Below, one piece after another: positions 47,156 through 60,540 of a stretch of DNA of 64,000 bases. Every line of letters begins with the position of its first letter. Positions within the stretch are counted from its first letter, which is position 1. Source of the stretch: Tubiluchus corallicola (Eukaryota; Animalia; Priapulida); the NCBI GenBank assembly GCA_030141605.1, contig JAQGDQ010000031.1:620001-684000 (forward strand), read 5' to 3'. The position numbers and the translations under genes were made by a program. The notes beneath the pieces are model-generated. The model did no database searches. It saw only the letters and a program-made list of their open reading frames with translations, and was not told the origin of the DNA.

Positions 47156-50100
47156 ATTGCCTGAGATGACTAGTAAATTTTGTCCTTATGTTTTCATGGC
47201 TCCCTGATTTTGAAATTCTGCAACATTGAAAGCCATTAGAAATTGGAATTCTATTTTTTGAGCTTGCTATGAGATCTTTCTAAAGAATGAGACAATACTC
47301 GTGAAGTCGTGAAGAGGATTTCTTTTTTTCTTTCTAAGTTTAACAAATCTAAAGCAGTGCCAATCCATACATTCATTTTGACTCTAGAGCTGCATAATGT
47401 ATTTTATTGACTTTAATCAAAGTCACCTACCTGTGCCAGTCTCATGGCTTCTTACCTGTAATTTTACCTGAACATTTGCGTAAATTCACGTGCATTCACT
47501 GGGTTACCATGCATGAATGTTTTTGATTGAATTACCGTCTTTAATTTTTTACCTTAACATTAAAATGGTAAATGTAACAGGAGAATCGGGATTTTACCGA
47601 TGTTGACAAATCGTTGACAACTTTTTTTATTTTTAAAGCACTACACATGACCTGATGACGTCACAAATGTCACTTAATGCTATGTAATGAAGACAATGTA
47701 AATTTATGAGCACAAATCTGCTGTCAATTCTTGGTTTTAATATGTAGTAAGTTTAGGGCTTGGAAAACCCGAATTTCATATTTTATGTATTTTAGTGTAG
47801 CGCAGTTCTGTCTTTGCTGACAGCAAGTATATACTTGGCCCAAAGAAATAGGGGTAACACTGTTTTAGACATGATGATATGAATGTTAGTAGTAATTGGT
47901 ATGATCATTGTCTTTACCATTGTCTCAAGTAATTTTAAGCCAAAGATTTGTCACATTGCATAGACAGTTTGTGTTTTGCTTTGGTTAACAGCAGGGAGCA
48001 CTCGAACAGTTTGCCTTTTAATCTTTTATTTCTTTTCTTATTACTTGTCTTGTCGCTTTTCATTTAATTAAGTAATAATTTACATGTGGTGCAACTGTCA
48101 ATGCTGTTCATGGAATGCATTTTCTAAAGTTACTTATTCCTGTTTATTTTACTACAACCATGGTAACCTCACCAACATCTTACTGGGTTTCTGTCGTAAA
48201 GAGCAATTGATATTTGCCGTATTTGAAATTAATCAATAGTGTAAGTGCTTTATGGTTGCTTTAAGACATTGTTTCGTGTGAACTATTTTGTCTTTTGTCA
48301 GCAAAACTTGGGGCAACATTTACAATATATAACCGAACATAATTTAGCTGTGAAACTCTACAATTCCATCTAAACAAATAGAATTTACAAAATGTGCCGA
48401 ATTTAGCATTGAGAATGATAGGTGACGAAACGCTGTATTTATTTAGACAATTTGTCACGTTTGGGCTACTGATTAAGCAGATAAATATTGAGGACGCCCG
48501 AAACCAGCTAGAAATGTTTATTGTTACTATGGTTTCTCATATTTACTCTATTATATTGGACACACTGGTCAGCCTGTAGATAATGGCGTTGAAAGAAAAA
48601 CAGTTGCGCTTCATCCTTAAACCAATTTGTTATTCAGTCAGGAAAATTCTAGTCAGAAGCTGATGTTTTCGTCCTCCTTGTAATCTAAGCAAAATGAGCT
48701 GAGTATTCATCACATTTCCATAGTCCTGAGCCGAGAATCGATTTCAGCTATCTGCAAATAATGAGTACAAATAACGACTGGAAAACTTCGTAGAATTATT
48801 AAACCCCGCAGCAGGTTATTGTTTAAACGATATTAAAACATCACCATCAAGAATCAATGCATCTGGTTATTAACAAATGTGAAAGAATTCTGAGTATTTT
48901 AAGAATAAAAATCAAGAATATTGTTTCTGTTGTATTATTTTGTGTGTAATGTATTGTAAATATGGAACTAATTATGTTTGTAAATGTTATTGTATGTACT
49001 GTGTGTCTGTGTTATGTTAATGTACATTTTTGTACGAATGAATAATAAATAATTGTAATAGAAATGATTTTTCGGAACGCGTTTGCTAAAACTAACATCA
49101 ATTTGTCGTCTGTTTTATCTGCAAGCTTATATCTTCGTTCAATCACCGAGACACTTGTCATCAAATCTTTCTTCCAAATTTGCATTTTGATTAGCTTTCT
49201 CATGCAATGAAGCTGCAGATTAGTGCGGTTTTTGACAAGACTTTTAGAAACATCATTGATTATGGATGGACTCAAAGCGTGGACGCCACGCTCGAGGTAT
49301 CAAGGTGACTTTGTCACTCCAGTTGAAGCCCTAATCTTCCATTTTCTGCTTACACTTGTAAGAAGCTGATTATTAAAGATGCGCTAGATTTATTTGAAGT
49401 TTCTCTAGGATTTATCAAATACGAAGCTTGATTTAAACTGACAATGCATTCTTGAGTTATGGCTTTCCCATTGTCATATTTTTTAGCATCTCTGCACCCC
49501 CTTGATAACATGGATTTGCAGTCTTCATTTCTATTAAATGTTGCACCTGATATAAAACTTCTCCCTCGCGTATTTCGTACAGTTATAAATAATTGCATTC
49601 ATTTCTAAATTTGTGCGGACTGGAAATTCTTGGGGCAGTAATCGTTTAAAATGTGCATCATTAAACATTATGGTGATGATTTATCCACTAATTAGAGCAC
49701 TTAGGTTTAGTAATTACTAGTCATGGACTTTTAGTCATGATTCTGAGCCTGAAAACATAGTCATCTTCTACATTATTGTACTGTCACATATGTAAGTAAA
49801 GATTAAATGACCTCCATTGCAATAATCTGAATGTGCAAAAATGTGCAAAATGACACAAAGTTAGCGATTTTTGCTACTATTTGTAATCACAGTGTATTTT
49901 TATAAGACTGGAAGTGAAAATTTGAGTTTTGAGATCATTATGAATGCCTCAGTCGTAGTTGCTTATTGATTTATGTTTATATGCATTTGCAACATTTAAA
50001 TAAGAAAGCTATAGGTATGGCTAAGTTGCAAATTATTTTAGCTATTTTCGATTGATTCTATATTGTCAGCTAGGATTAAGTTATAGACTAACTCACTTAA

Positions 50101-52020
50101 AGCAACAGTGGCAAAGAATAGCCTTACAGACATTATGTGTGACAAGACTGTTAACAACACAGGTGAAAAGAAGAGTCATTTTTTAATATTTGAGCTGTAA
50201 TCAAAACGCCAATAATTGTGCAAATAGTCATGAATTAAAACTTGGTAAATGTAAACTCTTACATGGATGTTCGAGAAACAACTGTGATGATTTGAGAATA
50301 GCCTCTTAAGGGACACTTGTTATTGAAGTGGCACTAAACATTAACTGTTGCCAGTTGTTATATGTCGTTTTGCAAAAACAGTGGGTTCTATTACATTCCA
50401 AGCGGATTTTGTAGCCGCATTTCTAAATTTGAAGCTTTTTTAGGTTAAGCAGGTAGGATTTTGTCGCAATCAGTCAGCAAAAACCGAGCTCTGCTCTTTG
50501 ATAGGCTACTAAAAATCTCTTATTCTATTTGCTTTTTCTGTTTCAGTTACTTACTGGAATGCAAGCGTGTTGATCTTCATTTTCAATGTCTGGTTGAGTG
50601 TACTGATGATTGTTGTTAATTTGTTTGAAATAAATCCGTAAATTCCTCTTCTAATTATGACACTATGTCATAGGCATTAATTGGTACATTGAACATTCAA
50701 TACAAATGACTGTGTTTTAGTCATTGTTACTGCTGTAGTTGTAACGTGTTCCTTATACGTTACGCTGTCGTGGAGCTTGTGGAAGTGAAGCGGAATGAGA
50801 AGTCTGCAGAGAAACTCATCTCTAAAAGCAACCTGCCTTACCTGTAATCCAGCTTTACACAGTCAAAGAATTGCTAGAAAATCTTACAAAATGTCAGAAT
50901 GGGGCACTTAAGCCATCAGAGTGATTGCTTAACTTCAAGTACATTGATTTTAAACATACAGTTTTGTTTTTTACACATAACCAGTTTTTCGTGACCTCCA
51001 AAAAGGGAGAGGAACAGACGGAGAAAGATGATTATGTCTCTACAGAGCCTGAAAGGGTTTATCGGGTAATGATTTGTACATTCTGATCTCAAAACTCTTA
51101 GATTGCCTGTATTCTTTGATGTGTCGTACCACCTCGGGTATTCGAGTTAGATTCTGGAAACCTGACCAGTGGCTAGTTAGAGATAGCGAGGGCAAAACAG
51201 TAAGTTTGTCAAATTCCCTGTAATTTTCTTTGAGGCAAGTTTATTTATTAATGTCTGGAAGCTCCGAAATCGCAACAGCGTCTAGTTGGGCAGTGAGTGG
51301 TAAATGACAACTTGAAAGGAAGATACGTCAACAAACATTTATTCTTAAAAAAGTTGCACAATACCTAAAACTGTGTCACATGCTGATAAGTTTTGATAAG
51401 GATGGGCTGATGATTATCTTTTTTCTCTATGTTATGTCAATTTAATGTTAAGATTTAGTAATAAAATAGATCTCCAACTTTCTGTGTTTAACATTTGCAA
51501 GTATCATTTAATTTGAAGCTGGACAGTAATTTGTTTCTTGTTTTAGAGTAGGTGTATTTCCTTGCCATCTTTGCTATTTTGAGGCAAACATTTACCTTGA
51601 TACGATTGATGAGATTGGTGTGACTAATCGATTTTTCCAGCCTTTCTTTTATATAACAAATACCATTTTGTGCATTTCTCAATGCTTTACAGACGTCTCT
51701 TCGCTATCCGTATCTTATGCATTTGCGCTTTAATTATGATTGCAAGCATCAGAGACACGCAATATCTTTTCTATTGTGTATTTAATTAGCTGTTGCATAA
51801 AAGATGAACCGTTCTTTCCTAATGAAATGGAGAAATGAGTACAATGCCACTTATAAAATAAATGCAATGAATGAGATTGCGAAAGTTTAGCGCGGAATAA
51901 TGGCAGGTTTCTTCTGCTGCACAAGTAGCATTTGCAATCAATTTAAATTAATTCGAAGCGGGACTTAGGACCTGCGAGTGAGGAATGCGATATTTAAGTT
52001 CTGATTTCACGATATCAGTG

Positions 52021-52810
52021 TGGAATTTATGAAATAAACTAGGCACTGATCTGATAGATTCATTTTAGTGATGAATTTATGAAATAAACTAGGCACTGGT
52101 TTGATAGATTCATTTTAGCGAAGAATTTATGAAATAAACTAGGCACTGATCTGATAGATTCATTTTAGTGAGGAATTTATGAAATAAACTAGGCACTGAT
52201 CTGATAGATTCATTTTAGCGAAGAATTTATGAAATAAACTAGGCACTGATCTGATAGATTCATTTTAGTGAAGAATTTATGAAATAAACTAGGCACTGAT
52301 CTGATAGATTCATTTTAGTGAGGAATTTATGAAACAAACTAGGCACTGATGTGATAGATTCATTTTAGCGAAGAATTTATGAAATAAACTAGGCACTGAT
52401 CTGATAGATTCATTTTAGTGAGGAATTTATGAAACAAACTAGGCACTGATCTGATAGATTCATTTTAGCGAAGAATTTATGAAATAAACTAGGCACTGAT
52501 CTGATAGATTCATTTTAGCGAAGAATTTATGAAATAAACTAGGCACTGATCTGATAGATTCATTTTAGTGAGGAATTTATGAAATAAACTAGGCACTGAT
52601 CTGATAGATTCATTTTAGAGAGGAATTTATGAAATAAACTAGGCACTGATCTGATAGATTCATTTCAGTGACAAATTTATGAAATAAACTAGGCACTGAT
52701 CTGATAGATTCATTTTAGTGAGGAATTTATGAAATAAACTAGGCACTGATCTGATAGATTCATTTTAGTGAGGAATTTATGAAATAAACTAGGCTCTAAT
52801 GTGATAGATT
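52021..52810. repeat. 50-bp minisatellite, ~16 copies
   Basis: Unit gaatttatgaaataaactaggcactgatctgatagattcattttag(t/c)ga(g/a) repeated head to tail with few substitutions and no spacers. Confidence 0.98.
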
Positions 52811-53403
52811 TGGTATAAAATTGTGCAAAGAGTTTTTTTCACTTTTAGTACACGGTCAAATTATAGGCTTCATTGTCATAGCTGTCATATTAAAACCAGC
52901 GAATTACTAAGAACAGTGCGCTCTATTTTCAGATATATAAATTTTAATAACAGGCGTTCGATAAGAAAAAGAAATTCACAGATCTAAATGACACGCAAAA
53001 GTACTCCATGATCAAGATTATAATATATAAAGCAACAATTCACACCAAGATAACACCTAGTTTCAAAAAACACGTACGTAATAGCACTTTACATTATAGT
53101 TTACTGTTGTATGAATTGTAAACACATTGTGAATGATGCAGTGAGGAATAGTGTTGTAGTTCGTATTCCCAGAAGTTAACCTCGCAGCCTAAATGGTTGA
53201 TTTGTATTTTGTTCAAAAAATAAGCACTTTTAAATTTTTTCTGATGGGTGACTGTCCTCGGAGCACTTTTCACAGACTGGTCTTTGTAAGTTACGCATAA
53301 GGTTCTGTGACGGGGGTAACTCGTTTGTCCGGTCAAAATCCTGTAGAGCAATGGAATCGTGTTTTTGGTTCTTGGGTTGCGAGGAAAACTTCTGGAAAAA
53401 CCG

Positions 53404-54591
53404 TCAGAGGCAAGCGACTTCTGCCGAGTTACCATTCAGAGTGTATTTTACAGTATTCATGGTTTCGCCTTTTGAGCGCCATGTGGACGATGGCTGTGTT
53501 GTGTATTCCTCCTGCTGGCGACGGAAACGGTTGACGAATATCTGCCTAAAGCTGCGCCTAAAGGTTGCATTCGTCATACTGTACATATAGAAATTGACAG
53601 AGAAGTTGATAACCTCCAGGAGATTGGCCGTATGTCTAAATATGTCGTATGGCGCGTTATTGGACAGTGTCTCTTTCGGTGCGCCATGGTCTGCCAGACG
53701 AAGTATTGTAGCAGGAATGGTACAAATAACAAAAACCATTGAAATAGATACAAGCAGAGTCGTCATACTGCGCTCTTGTGACTGACGGTGCTTTTCATCA
53801 GCATTTGACTCCAGCCTCTTTGTTAGTGATGTGCGTTGCTTTAGGCTTGATCTGTATGTCCGCAGTATGAGCGGGTTAAGCACAAGGACGCAAATAATAG
53901 GAGCTATTTTGCTGATGATGACTTCGATCCAGGGCCACACGTGTCCGTAACCAACTGTTTCAAACAGCTCTTCATTTCGTACGTCTCGGAAAAATGTTTT
54001 ATTGTGAATGCCCATGCTATGAGCCGCTTCAACCTTGTACTGAAACGTGTCTGGAATGTGTACCACAAATGCTATTACAAACATGACACACACTGTAACT
54101 CTTGCCATTACCTTTGTGCGAATTCTAAGTGATCTGATCGGATAACACGTTAGTACAAATCTGTCTATTGTCACCATCATCACCAGCAGGTTGCTTGCGC
54201 AGGCAAACGAATTCAAAAACACAAGATTCACATGAGCATAATAACGAACTAGATGTATGCTTCGATCAACTTCTGCTGTGCAAAGGACAGTGGCAAGAAA
54301 CACACACTGAAAAATAATTTCAGAGAAGTCAGCTATAGCCACGCCACGAAGATAAATGTACGACAAATAAGCATTCAAATCACGACTTTTCCAAAGAACA
54401 ATGATATTCAAAGTATTGCCTATTCCACCAAGAGCAAGCACTATCGGCATTAATATACGATAAATGATGAAAGTTGCATTATTCACTTTTATTCGATATT
54501 CAACATCATCCATATAAACGTATTCATATTCAACTGATTCATATTCAACTGATTCATTGATATCATGTATTGCACCTTGTGCTAGTTCCAT
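53404..54591 (-). CDS. Class A (rhodopsin-like) peptide GPCR, FMRFamide-receptor/sex-peptide-receptor/GPR139-142-like group; single coding exon, 395 aa
   Basis: Seven hydrophobic segments; TM1 GGIGNTLNIIVL, TM2 YIYLRGVAIAD, TM3 TIDRFVLTCYP, TM6 FVICTIP, TM7 INFSVNFYMY (NFxxY variant typical of this group), helix 8 FRRSF. First ATG at 54591 (the track's 54639 start is TTG). Minus acceptor tttttttccag| at 54743/54742 in the 5' UTR. Confidence 0.93.
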   Translation of the reverse strand: MELAQGAIHDINESVEYESVEYEYVYMDDVEYRIKVNNATFIIYRILMPIVLALGGIGNTLNIIVLWKSRDLNAYLSYIYLRGVAIADFSEIIFQCVFLATVLCTAEVDRSIHLVRYYAHVNLVFLNSFACASNLLVMMVTIDRFVLTCYPIRSLRIRTKVMARVTVCVMFVIAFVVHIPDTFQYKVEAAHSMGIHNKTFFRDVRNEELFETVGYGHVWPWIEVIISKIAPIICVLVLNPLILRTYRSSLKQRTSLTKRLESNADEKHRQSQERSMTTLLVSISMVFVICTIPATILRLADHGAPKETLSNNAPYDIFRHTANLLEVINFSVNFYMYSMTNATFRRSFRQIFVNRFRRQQEEYTTQPSSTWRSKGETMNTVKYTLNGNSAEVACL

Positions 54592-55407
54592 TGTTGCGTT
54601 TTTATAAAATTGTTCTGCACACAAATAGGTTTTATGCAAAATCTTTCAGGAATTTGAAATCTTTTTGCCCTTCATCTTTGATTTTGATTTTGACTGCGAT
54701 GAAACTGAATTCATAGTCAGCAGTTAGCACTTCCTGGTTTTCCTGGAAAAAAAACAATTGGTATGTGTAAATTATATGCACTTCAGACTATTCACATTTA
54801 TCATGCTATGCACTATAATAATGCAGAGTTGTTAACGTTTGTCTTTAAACTCCTCTTACTGTGAGAAATATTATACTGAAAAAGAGACTTGAAATTGATA
54901 ACAACAATAATAAGTTTATTGATAAAAACAAGTAACACAATGACACATATTTATACATACACAATTCAAACTTATAATGGAATATATATAATACAATACA
55001 GTATGACAAGAAGCTAAATGATAATGAGATCACAGCACACAGAAGCGATACATCAAACATTAAAAAGCAGTATTGCCATAATTCGTAAAATTGCAAGATT
55101 GTGTGTTCAGAAATCTACATTTCTTTAAATTTTTGCAAATATCTATTAAAATTCTGTGTTAAGAGGTGCCTAGCAAACGTAAATGTCATTGCATGTGCCT
55201 GTACTAATGTTATCGTAGGAAGTTATGAACGAAGTACTGCACTAACGGTAGTAGCATTGACAAGCCACTAAATGTAGTTCTTGTCGTTTTTACACATACT
55301 AATTATATTAGAATGCATAAGTCATACATACAAGATAAAATTGTTGTATTGTCCCGCTTTCCACAACACACCCGTTATTTAGACACTGACTACCCTTGCT
55401 TTATACC

Positions 55408-55505
55408 AGATGGCATAGCTCTGTGGTAGCATGCTTGTTTCCCACCCAGTAGGTCGAGGGTTCAACTCTCGACCGAGTCATACCAAAGACTTAACATATG
55501 GTTGT
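55408..55505 (+). mobile_element. tRNA-derived SINE head
   Basis: A-box-like ggcatagctctgtgg, B-box-like gggttcaactc within T-stem ggtcgag...ctcgacc, followed by gtcataccaaagac, a segment I recall from invertebrate SINEs; no complete acceptor stem. Confidence 0.65.
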
Positions 55506-56559
55506 TCGACGAAACACGTGGGTTTATCGAAGTAACGTGCGGATAATAATAAGCGGGACCACCTTGGAAATAAGTATTGAAGTACTTAAGCTGCTATACC
55601 TGGACTATGTCCTAAACGAAGCACACCAAACCGGTTATCATCCGCGTGAAGCTTGTCCTTTTGCTTACTGGTGTTTGTTTACATGTTCTTTTTGCTCCTG
55701 TGGGAATATATCACTGGAATTCACTAATGCAGTTGAGCCAATAGCTGCAATCTCGCAATTTTCGGCATATATTTGAATAATAGACAGTGAAAGGGTTCTG
55801 GCTATTAAGCTTAATTAGGGACTGCAAATACGCATCGAGATTTGATTCGTGATTAGCACAAATGCATTTATTCCCTTATCTACCTACAAATAATATGTCT
55901 TTCTAATAAGGTATTATTGGGTACCCTTTAGTGCAGTGCTCGTTCAAAGCAATCAGGCTGGCATATTGCAGGAGTACATTACTTGGCAAATGATTTCGCT
56001 TTTACCTCACAAAAGCTTATTGATTAGCCGAGATCTTACGTGGTAAACTGGTAATTACTAGCAAACAGAACTGAAACCCAAACTTGGGTATTCTATTGTT
56101 GTACAGGACAAAATACTTGTCGCAGTATTTGCTTACATAACGCTGCTGATTAATCATAGTGTTGACAACCAGGCTCCATTTTTACAAAATGATCTGATTT
56201 AAACCACCTCTTGAAGGCTATTATTTTTTGTGTTATCGAAAGTATTGAAAGTTTATAATGTAAAGAGTTGCTAAATGTGCAAACAAATGCCCCAACGTTC
56301 AGCAGTGTCACTCATATCATCAAAATGTGCAATTTTGAGGCAATTAATTTAATTCAATTTTCACTTCATTTCGCCTTGTAATTAAAATTGCCACATAATA
56401 CACTAAAAATGTTATTTCACATACACAAACACACAAAATTCTAACTCTGCTAATTACATGCAACCACAACAAACATAGGAAGCTACCCACACCAAATAAA
56501 AAGGATGCCCACAAGCAAAAAAAAATTGAATTATACCGCACATCAGAATCACTTGCATT

Positions 56560-56730
56560 ATTTGCCGTCAGAGCATTACCAGATTGCAGAATTCGGATAA
56601 GCAGACTATAAAAACACTTGTGTCGTGTATGTATAAAATGTGCAAGAGATAAAACTACACACATCTGAGATGCACTACAATCATATTTAAGTTTAAAAAG
56701 TTTCCTTATACTTTTGTTGTATGACACCCT
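56560..56730 (-). mobile_element. 3'-end fragment of a non-LTR retrotransposon ORF2
   Basis: YNKSIRKLFKLKYDCSASQM....F....HK..YSL..RI..S.N.L resembles the recalled LINE C-terminal motif YN..R.L..LP..CSAS.MF...R...S.N; clade uncertain. Confidence 0.5.
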
Positions 56731-57242
56731 AAGTTTCCCTAGAACATATTTGTCGAAATTAACCCACAGTGAACTACAATAGAAGGTTCAACAGTATCTT
56801 TTGAAAAGAAAGGATTTAACATTAGCAGAGCAATTGCTAATCTTCCTTATAAAAGTATTAAATCAGTAACTTCCATGATTTCAAATGTAGCTAATGAAAT
56901 ATCTCTAACATTATTTCTGAGTTACATTTAAAGTTTCTTTTAATCTAGAATCATGTTACACATTACGCACAATGTCATTTACTATACGAGTTGCCTTCAA
57001 GATTAGATAGACTCAAGGTTGTTGATGCTTTGGTATTTGTGGCAAGACATTTGTCCAATATCAAATGAACACAAATAATCAACTTTCAAATTTCCTTGGT
57101 CTGGTCCAAGTTGAAAAAAGGAATTCAAGTTGAAAAAAGAAAAATGATTTTATAATTTAATTCTAAATTTATTTCAATTATTACATCAAATAACATCGGG
57201 ACAGCATGCCCATTTACCCGCTATAGCTTTACATAAGCTCAC

Positions 57243-57289
57243 CTTATGCAAAATTGTTTTAATATTTAATGAGAGTATCTGTTTTCTGG
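57243..57289 (-). other. Candidate non-coding 5' UTR exon of the GPCR
   Basis: Minus acceptor ttctacag| at 57290/57289 and donor AAG|gtgagc at 57243/57242; could splice to the acceptor at 54742. Signals only. Confidence 0.3.
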
Positions 57290-57900
57290 CTGTAGAATAT
57301 AAAGCATCGCTTGTTTGTGTCTGTGCCCCCTATAGACTTTCAGTTTTATTACATAGATAGGATTTGCACTCAGTTAAATAATTGAAAAAGACGTGGGATA
57401 ATATGAATTCTCCACACAATAAAAAAACCCAGCTTCATATTGTTGGATAGACCAAGCCTGTCAGCATGTCAATACCATCATGTTTATTGAGTGCGGCAAG
57501 GACAAGTTATGTGTCCTCAGCTACATGAATAATATATTACAAATGTCATTTTGTATTGTATTCTTATTCTCCTCCTGTGTAGCTGCTGCTGCATATGGGT
57601 AGGAAAGTTGTTGTATAGGCTTGCACCTGCCATAGCTGTTTTCACAAGCTGTTTACGTAGTCAACAATTGAGCTGAATTACAGTTAAGTACGAGAGGATT
57701 TTTTATGCAATTTGTTGGTTTCCAAGGTGGAATCCAGCATTCAAAGCAGTGCAGCCATCGCGTACTTACTGTGGATGCTTGTGGCTGGACTGGAACTTAA
57801 ATCATTATCAATGTTAACCATCTAATTCTAAGAGTAGCAAAAGTACCAAACTGAATAGCAAAAGTGAATGCATCATCCTTAAATAATGTAAGCTTTAAGG

Positions 57901-57904
57901 AGAG

Positions 57905-57943
<39 letters not shown>
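57901..57943. repeat. (AG)n microsatellite
   Basis: Seen directly. Confidence 0.97.
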
Positions 57944-57945
<2 letters not shown>

Positions 57946-59137
57946 ATTGAACCCAACGGTCACTCATTCATTACCAAACCAGCCTCAGCATTGTGTAACT
58001 TTACTTGATAAAGAAATACTGTGACCACTCGGCTACAACCCTACGTATCAAAGAAACCATAAAACCAGACAGCAAACAATTCACAAAATAATGCGCATAC
58101 GACCTAGAAAATTTGTTCTTCATTTGATTTTAAGCCAATTAAGAGAATATTCATCATTTCTTTGGTACTTTTTATTTCTGATTGAAACTCCTTCGCCTGT
58201 ATGATGATCTGCAATTTCGAGACTATTACTGTGTGCATCTCATTTCATTTCATTTTTTCATATTTCAGTTACTTGTAATTTTCTTAGCCCTCATGAAGTA
58301 TATATTTCGCAGGTGCAGCCATCATTGTATATCATTTCCATCATTAAATGACGATGATCATTTCTAAGTGAATCGCATGAGCAGCACATTTCGTCACAAA
58401 AAAGTAATAAACTTTCGAATCTTCCAATCCGCTTGCGATTAAACAGGTTTTCAATTTAACAATGTCGTGTTTTCCATTGGGAGCCGTGTGCCACTAAAGA
58501 CAAGAATTATGAGCCTCGAGATTGAACGTCGTCTTTTCAATTAATTAAAAGTCTCTTGTTAGTAAATGAAATTGAGTTGATACTTGACTATAAATAATGT
58601 GGCACTGTCCCTTGATGATTGTGAATAATATGCATGGCATTTCACAAATCTGAATCAACTGCTGCTGCTGCAAGACGCTTGCCAATGTTTTGAAATTACG
58701 TAACGAAAGTTTCAAATTAGTTTTTTTATTAATTCGTCATACAGTGTGATGAGATTGTTTTTTGTGAAGAAGTGTTTTGTATCTAGGTTCTTTATGCTTG
58801 TCATGTTGGTATGTAAGAAATCAAGTTTTTTTCGTTGTCTTTGCTAGCGTCCTTGCTCTAAGATAACATATTCATCGCTAATGTTCGTTTCCGTTATTAT
58901 CCTTATGGTAAACTTCCTGTTAATATATGCGTTGTTAGATAATGAATTCTTTTTTCTATACCTTTGTTTCTGGCAGCAGATAGTGAATTGTAAGAGTCTT
59001 TAGTTGTTGTTGGATTTCTTGTTGATGTAGATGATGATGATGACGACGATGATGATGATTAATTTTTAATTTTAAAATACATATTTACATAAATGAGCCT
59101 CTAGTTGCAGACAATGTTGAAATTAATTATTAGTACA

Positions 59138-59170
59138 CCACACACATACACTCACACAGACATACGCACG

Positions 59171-59232
<62 letters not shown>
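59138..59232. repeat. (CA)n microsatellite with imperfect 5' part
   Basis: Seen directly. Confidence 0.97.
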
Positions 59233-59235
<3 letters not shown>

Positions 59236-60253
59236 TGATAATACAATTTTAAATATGTATATTTCCTAATATGTTGTTACTAAAATTGTCAAAAATTATA
59301 ATCAAAAAAATATAATTGCACTATAAATAAAAAAATCATTGTGCAATATGCCAAATCGCTAACTAACCTAGAACGGATATTTATCATAATGATTATAAAG
59401 TGTATTGCATCTATGTGATTACATCTATGCTTAGTTTGTTATGAACTATATCATTGAAATTTTCAATATAGCAATAAAATGAACTAAATTTTGTAGATTA
59501 ATTTAACATTTAACCATTGCAAGATAATAATAATAATTATCTATAATAAAATTTTCCTTTACAATATTTACAAAGGTATCAATTAAAGATTTCCTTCTTA
59601 GAATGTAGATGTAGGAAATAGTGCCATCTGCTAAATATAGTAGATAAAAAGATAGATAAAAAATATAGTAGATAAAAATATAATAGATATAGTCTGTGGA
59701 GAAATTTACATCTATTTAGATAGCTATCCCAAGACTCCTAAAGTCCTATGATAACCAGTTAGTCTCATTTAATTAATAAATGTTTTCCAGCGGTTACTTC
59801 CAGTGTCATGCTTTCTGAATTTATAGATATAGGATGACTTAACTTGTAATAAATGTCACATTGTTAGCGTTTAATGAAAACCGTAATCATCGTAGAATGA
59901 CTGGCAACACAGCACCTAAAATAGGGATGTAAGGGCGAAGAATTACTGTTATTGCTGAACTCAGCCATCGATCACTGCCATTAGAGAGAGCAAAATAAAT
60001 ACACGCGTAATTGCGCTGAAAACAAATGAAGCCATTTACATAATCTGCCCGTTTAACTGCTAAGAGGTGCCGTAGCGTGAACATTGAGGAGAGAAACGAC
60101 AACAGTGAACGCTTGAAGATGGTTTATAGAAAGCGTGGGAGTTAAATGTAGATCAGTAGTGCGGTGGTAGGTCTGCTACCAAGTCAAGCTGTTGCTAAGT
60201 TGCCGTAGCACTTTTCAATAAACTTCAGTCCTGGATGTAATTCAGGCGTTTCT

Positions 60254-60540
60254 TCATTTCGTGCATTCGTTTGTTTCATTCATTCATTCATTCATAGAGT
60301 AATCCTTTTATGTATATGTATATATACATATATGTTCGTTCGTTCATTCATTCATTCATTCATTTATCGATCCATTCATCATCTTTCCATTTGTTTGTTC
60401 ATGCATTCATTCATCCATTAATTCATTAATTAATTAATTCATTCATTATTCATTCAAAATTTATCCATCCTCCTTTTATTCATTCATTCATTCTTTCGTT
60501 CATTCATTCGCTTATCCACTCCTCCGTTCCTACCTTCGTT
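60254..60540. repeat. Degenerate (TTCA)n microsatellite
   Basis: Many ttcattcattca runs. Confidence 0.88.

Noticed and set aside
46928-47164. Met/Ile-rich hydrophobic ORFs on both strands
   Set aside because: Translation of an (ATG)n microsatellite.
48160-48200. Possible next WDR7 exon (QHL match)
   Set aside because: Only three residues match, stop follows within a few codons, and no suitable phase-1 acceptor.
49040-49620. Minus-strand coding-like stretch
   Set aside because: Broken frames with no recognisable motif; probably old TE debris.
51100-51199. Plus-strand open stretch ending in strong donor ACA|gtaagt
   Set aside because: No WDR7-like peptide and no convincing acceptor or phase fit; cannot support as an exon.
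52021-52810. CRISPR-like array
   Set aside because: Units are head to tail without unique spacers, no cas genes, eukaryotic intron context; it is a minisatellite.
54592-54639. 16-aa N-terminal extension of the GPCR in the ORF track
   Set aside because: Begins at TTG; the first ATG is at 54591.
55408-55480. Functional tRNA gene
   Set aside because: A and B boxes present but no full cloverleaf, and it continues into SINE-type sequence.
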